NCBI GenBank assembly: GCA_963643345.1
Contig: CAVIJK010000003.1
Coordinates: forward strand, 484 to 64,483
Length of the DNA stretch: 64,000 bases
Direction of reading: 5' to 3'
DNA from: a bacterium
GTDB lineage: Bacteria > Bacillota_I > Bacilli_A > RFN20 > CAG-826
Shown here: one piece after another, positions 62,205 through 64,000 of the stretch
Position numbering within the stretch: the stretch's first letter is position 1
How the letters are laid out: every line of letters begins with the position of its first letter
Position numbers and translations under genes: made by a program
Notes under the pieces: model-generated
Databases searched by the model: none
The model's input: only the letters and a program-made list of their open reading frames with translations
What the model was told of the DNA's origin: nothing

Positions 62205-62263
62205 AGCAAAAATATATTAAACCTTTTTACAACGTTTGTCTCAAATACATTATAATTCTACTC

Positions 62264-63532
62264 ATGAGAGATCCTTTAGCGTTCCGCATTAGACCGAAAA
62301 ATTTAGATGAAGTGGTTGGGCAACAACATATTGCTGGGCCAAATGCCATCCTCAGAAGGTCAATAGAGAAGAAAGAACCTTTCTCTATGATTCTCTTTGG
62401 ACCGCCTGGAACGGGCAAGACCACAATTGCAGAGGCATATGCCAAATCAATGGGTATCCACTATGAGAAACTCAATGCGGTAACAACGGACAAAAAGGAG
62501 ATGGAATCCGCCATAAAAGATGCCAAATTATTCGGTCACGCAATCATAATTATGGATGAGGTTCATAGACTCGATAAGACCAAACAAGATTTGTTGCTGC
62601 CGTATGTTGAGGATGGGACATTTTTCTTAATTGGAGCAACAACCTCAAATCCTTATATCGCCTTAAATAGAGCCATCCGTTCTAGATGCAGGCTGCTTGA
62701 AGTTAAAGCTCTGACTGAAGATGATGTTTATCATGGGCTTCTACGCGCAATTTCTTGCAAAGAAGGCATCAATAATGAATATAAGTTTAACGAAGACGCC
62801 CTTAGATATATCGCTAAGCTGAGCGGTGGGGATCTGCGTTTTTCTCTCAATATGCTTGAGCAGGCTACCATCCAATTCTCAAATACCGAAGAAATTACTC
62901 AACAAGACATCGAGAAAATCAACAAAGTTCCTAATTATGCGATGGATAAGAATGAAGAGGAACATTACGATTCCGTCTCTGCCTTGCAAAAATCCATAAG
63001 GGGCTCGGATGTAGACGCGGCTATGTATTACTTGGCAAGGCTTTGCATTGCCGAGGATTTAGACTCCATCAAGAGGAGGCTGCTTGTAACGGCTTATGAA
63101 GATGTTGGACTCGCAAATCCCGCCGCTGTATCTAGATGCCAGCAAGCGATCGAAGCCGCTGAAAAGGTGGGGTTCCCTGAAGCAATAATTCCACTAGGAT
63201 TCACGGTGGCGGAACTTGCTCTATCCCCCAAATCGAAACAAGCGTGCCTTGCCGTAGAAGAAGCAATGGATTTCGCGTCTAAAAGGCCGTTTGTTGTCCA
63301 GGATTATTTGAAACTCACTCCCGTTAACGTTCAAGAGGAGGATAAGTATCCTTATGATAGACCTGACCTCTGGGAAAAGATTCAATATCTACCTGAAGTT
63401 TTCAAAGATATGAAGTTTTATCACCCAAATGACTCGTGTATGTCTAATTATGAGAGATCATTGAACGAGAATTATAAAAGATTGAATGATAAACCGCGTT
63501 CATCAAACCTCCGTGCTTTAAAAAAGAAATAA
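62264..63532 (+). CDS. rarA: Replication-associated recombination protein A (RarA/MgsA)
   Basis: RPKNLDEVVGQQH, GPPGTGKTT, DEVHR and a MgsA C-terminal domain (HYD..SA..KS.RGSD.DAA.YYLAR). Confidence 0.93.
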   Translation: MRDPLAFRIRPKNLDEVVGQQHIAGPNAILRRSIEKKEPFSMILFGPPGTGKTTIAEAYAKSMGIHYEKLNAVTTDKKEMESAIKDAKLFGHAIIIMDEVHRLDKTKQDLLLPYVEDGTFFLIGATTSNPYIALNRAIRSRCRLLEVKALTEDDVYHGLLRAISCKEGINNEYKFNEDALRYIAKLSGGDLRFSLNMLEQATIQFSNTEEITQQDIEKINKVPNYAMDKNEEEHYDSVSALQKSIRGSDVDAAMYYLARLCIAEDLDSIKRRLLVTAYEDVGLANPAAVSRCQQAIEAAEKVGFPEAIIPLGFTVAELALSPKSKQACLAVEEAMDFASKRPFVVQDYLKLTPVNVQEEDKYPYDRPDLWEKIQYLPEVFKDMKFYHPNDSCMSNYERSLNENYKRLNDKPRSSNLRALKKK

Positions 63533-63613
63533 TTCACTTGATATTTAAAAAATCCGTCCTATGATTATGCATTCCTTTCCACGGGGAGAGGAATGACTAG
63601 TTAGGAGGGATGT

Positions 63614-63757
63614 ATGGTAATCAAGAACAACAAGGCTAACAAGATTAGCAAAGTCGAGACGAAAAACTACATTGAAGACCCAAAGAAGAAAGAAAAGGAA
63701 AACAATCGCGAAATGATGCTTCTCCTTTATGTAGCTTCACTTCTTGGGCAAATGTAA
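63614..63757 (+). CDS. Small 47-aa basic protein (below the track cutoff)
   Basis: ATG 5 nt after TAGGAGGG. MVIKNNKANKISKVETKNYIEDPKKKEKENNREMMLLLYVASLLGQM, followed by an AGAGAGCC-GAAA-GGTTCTCT terminator. Confidence 0.35.
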   Translation: MVIKNNKANKISKVETKNYIEDPKKKEKENNREMMLLLYVASLLGQM

Positions 63758-63951
63758 ATATTGAATCGCATAAGAGAGCCGAAAGGTTCTCTTTTCTTTA
63801 ATTATTTTTAGTTTATAATATCTTTCGCTTGGCATAGAACGGAGTAAGAGTTACGTAAGACTTTAAAGATAAAAGTTGGCGTATACCAATTCTGAACGTG
63901 TCAGTAGTTGTTAGGGTTGAACCATTGAAAAACGACCTTAAAACTACATAA

Positions 63952-64000
63952 GCGGGCATGGCGTAATGGCAGCCGCGATAGACTTAGGATCTATTGGGTA
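63952..64000 (+). tRNA. tRNA-Leu (UAG), 5' part only (cut by the window edge)
   Basis: GCGGGCA acceptor arm, long D-loop, anticodon stem ATAGA/TCTAT with loop CTTAGGA, and the start of a long variable arm. Confidence 0.7.

Overview
AT-rich (by eye about 35-40% GC), standard-genetic-code chromosome segment. Gene order is low-GC Bacillota / Mollicutes-relative style: tsaE-tsaB-rimI-tsaD-asnS, pcrA-ligA, smpB-folC, ecfA1-ecfA2-ecfT-truA ... rplM-rpsI. I call about 60 CDS, three complete tRNAs (Ile-GAU, Val-CAC, Thr-UGU), the 5' part of a tRNA-Leu-UAG at the right edge, one TPP riboswitch and two c-di-GMP-I (GEMM-I) riboswitches. Two GC-rich structured non-coding regions (1-849 and 9905-10185) could not be assigned to a family. 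I saw no transposase, integrase, phage gene or CRISPR array. The region 25.7-64 kb is mostly housekeeping. The notable part is 2-25.5 kb, a c-di-GMP island. It starts with a riboswitch-controlled multidomain membrane protein carrying a degenerate EAL domain, then a GGDEF-TM-EAL protein. Next comes a separately transcribed TasA/camelysin-like subunit with a SipW-type signal peptide. A second GEMM-I riboswitch then heads a ~15-kb tightly packed same-strand gene string. That string encodes three more TasA-like paralogs, a membrane-anchored McrB-like AAA+ NTPase and a 2247-aa protein. The 2247-aa protein has a tentative McrC-N-terminal-like domain, a coiled coil and 19 tandem Big_2 Ig-like repeats, with no export signal. 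The string continues with a SipW-type signal peptidase, an EAL phosphodiesterase, a Pfs-like protein and a Nudix hydrolase. To my knowledge, TasA/SipW fibre genes combined with a nuclease-less McrBC-derived NTPase pair under c-di-GMP riboswitch control is not a described system. All domain calls come from motif recognition by eye, and coordinates of non-CDS features are approximate to a few nt.
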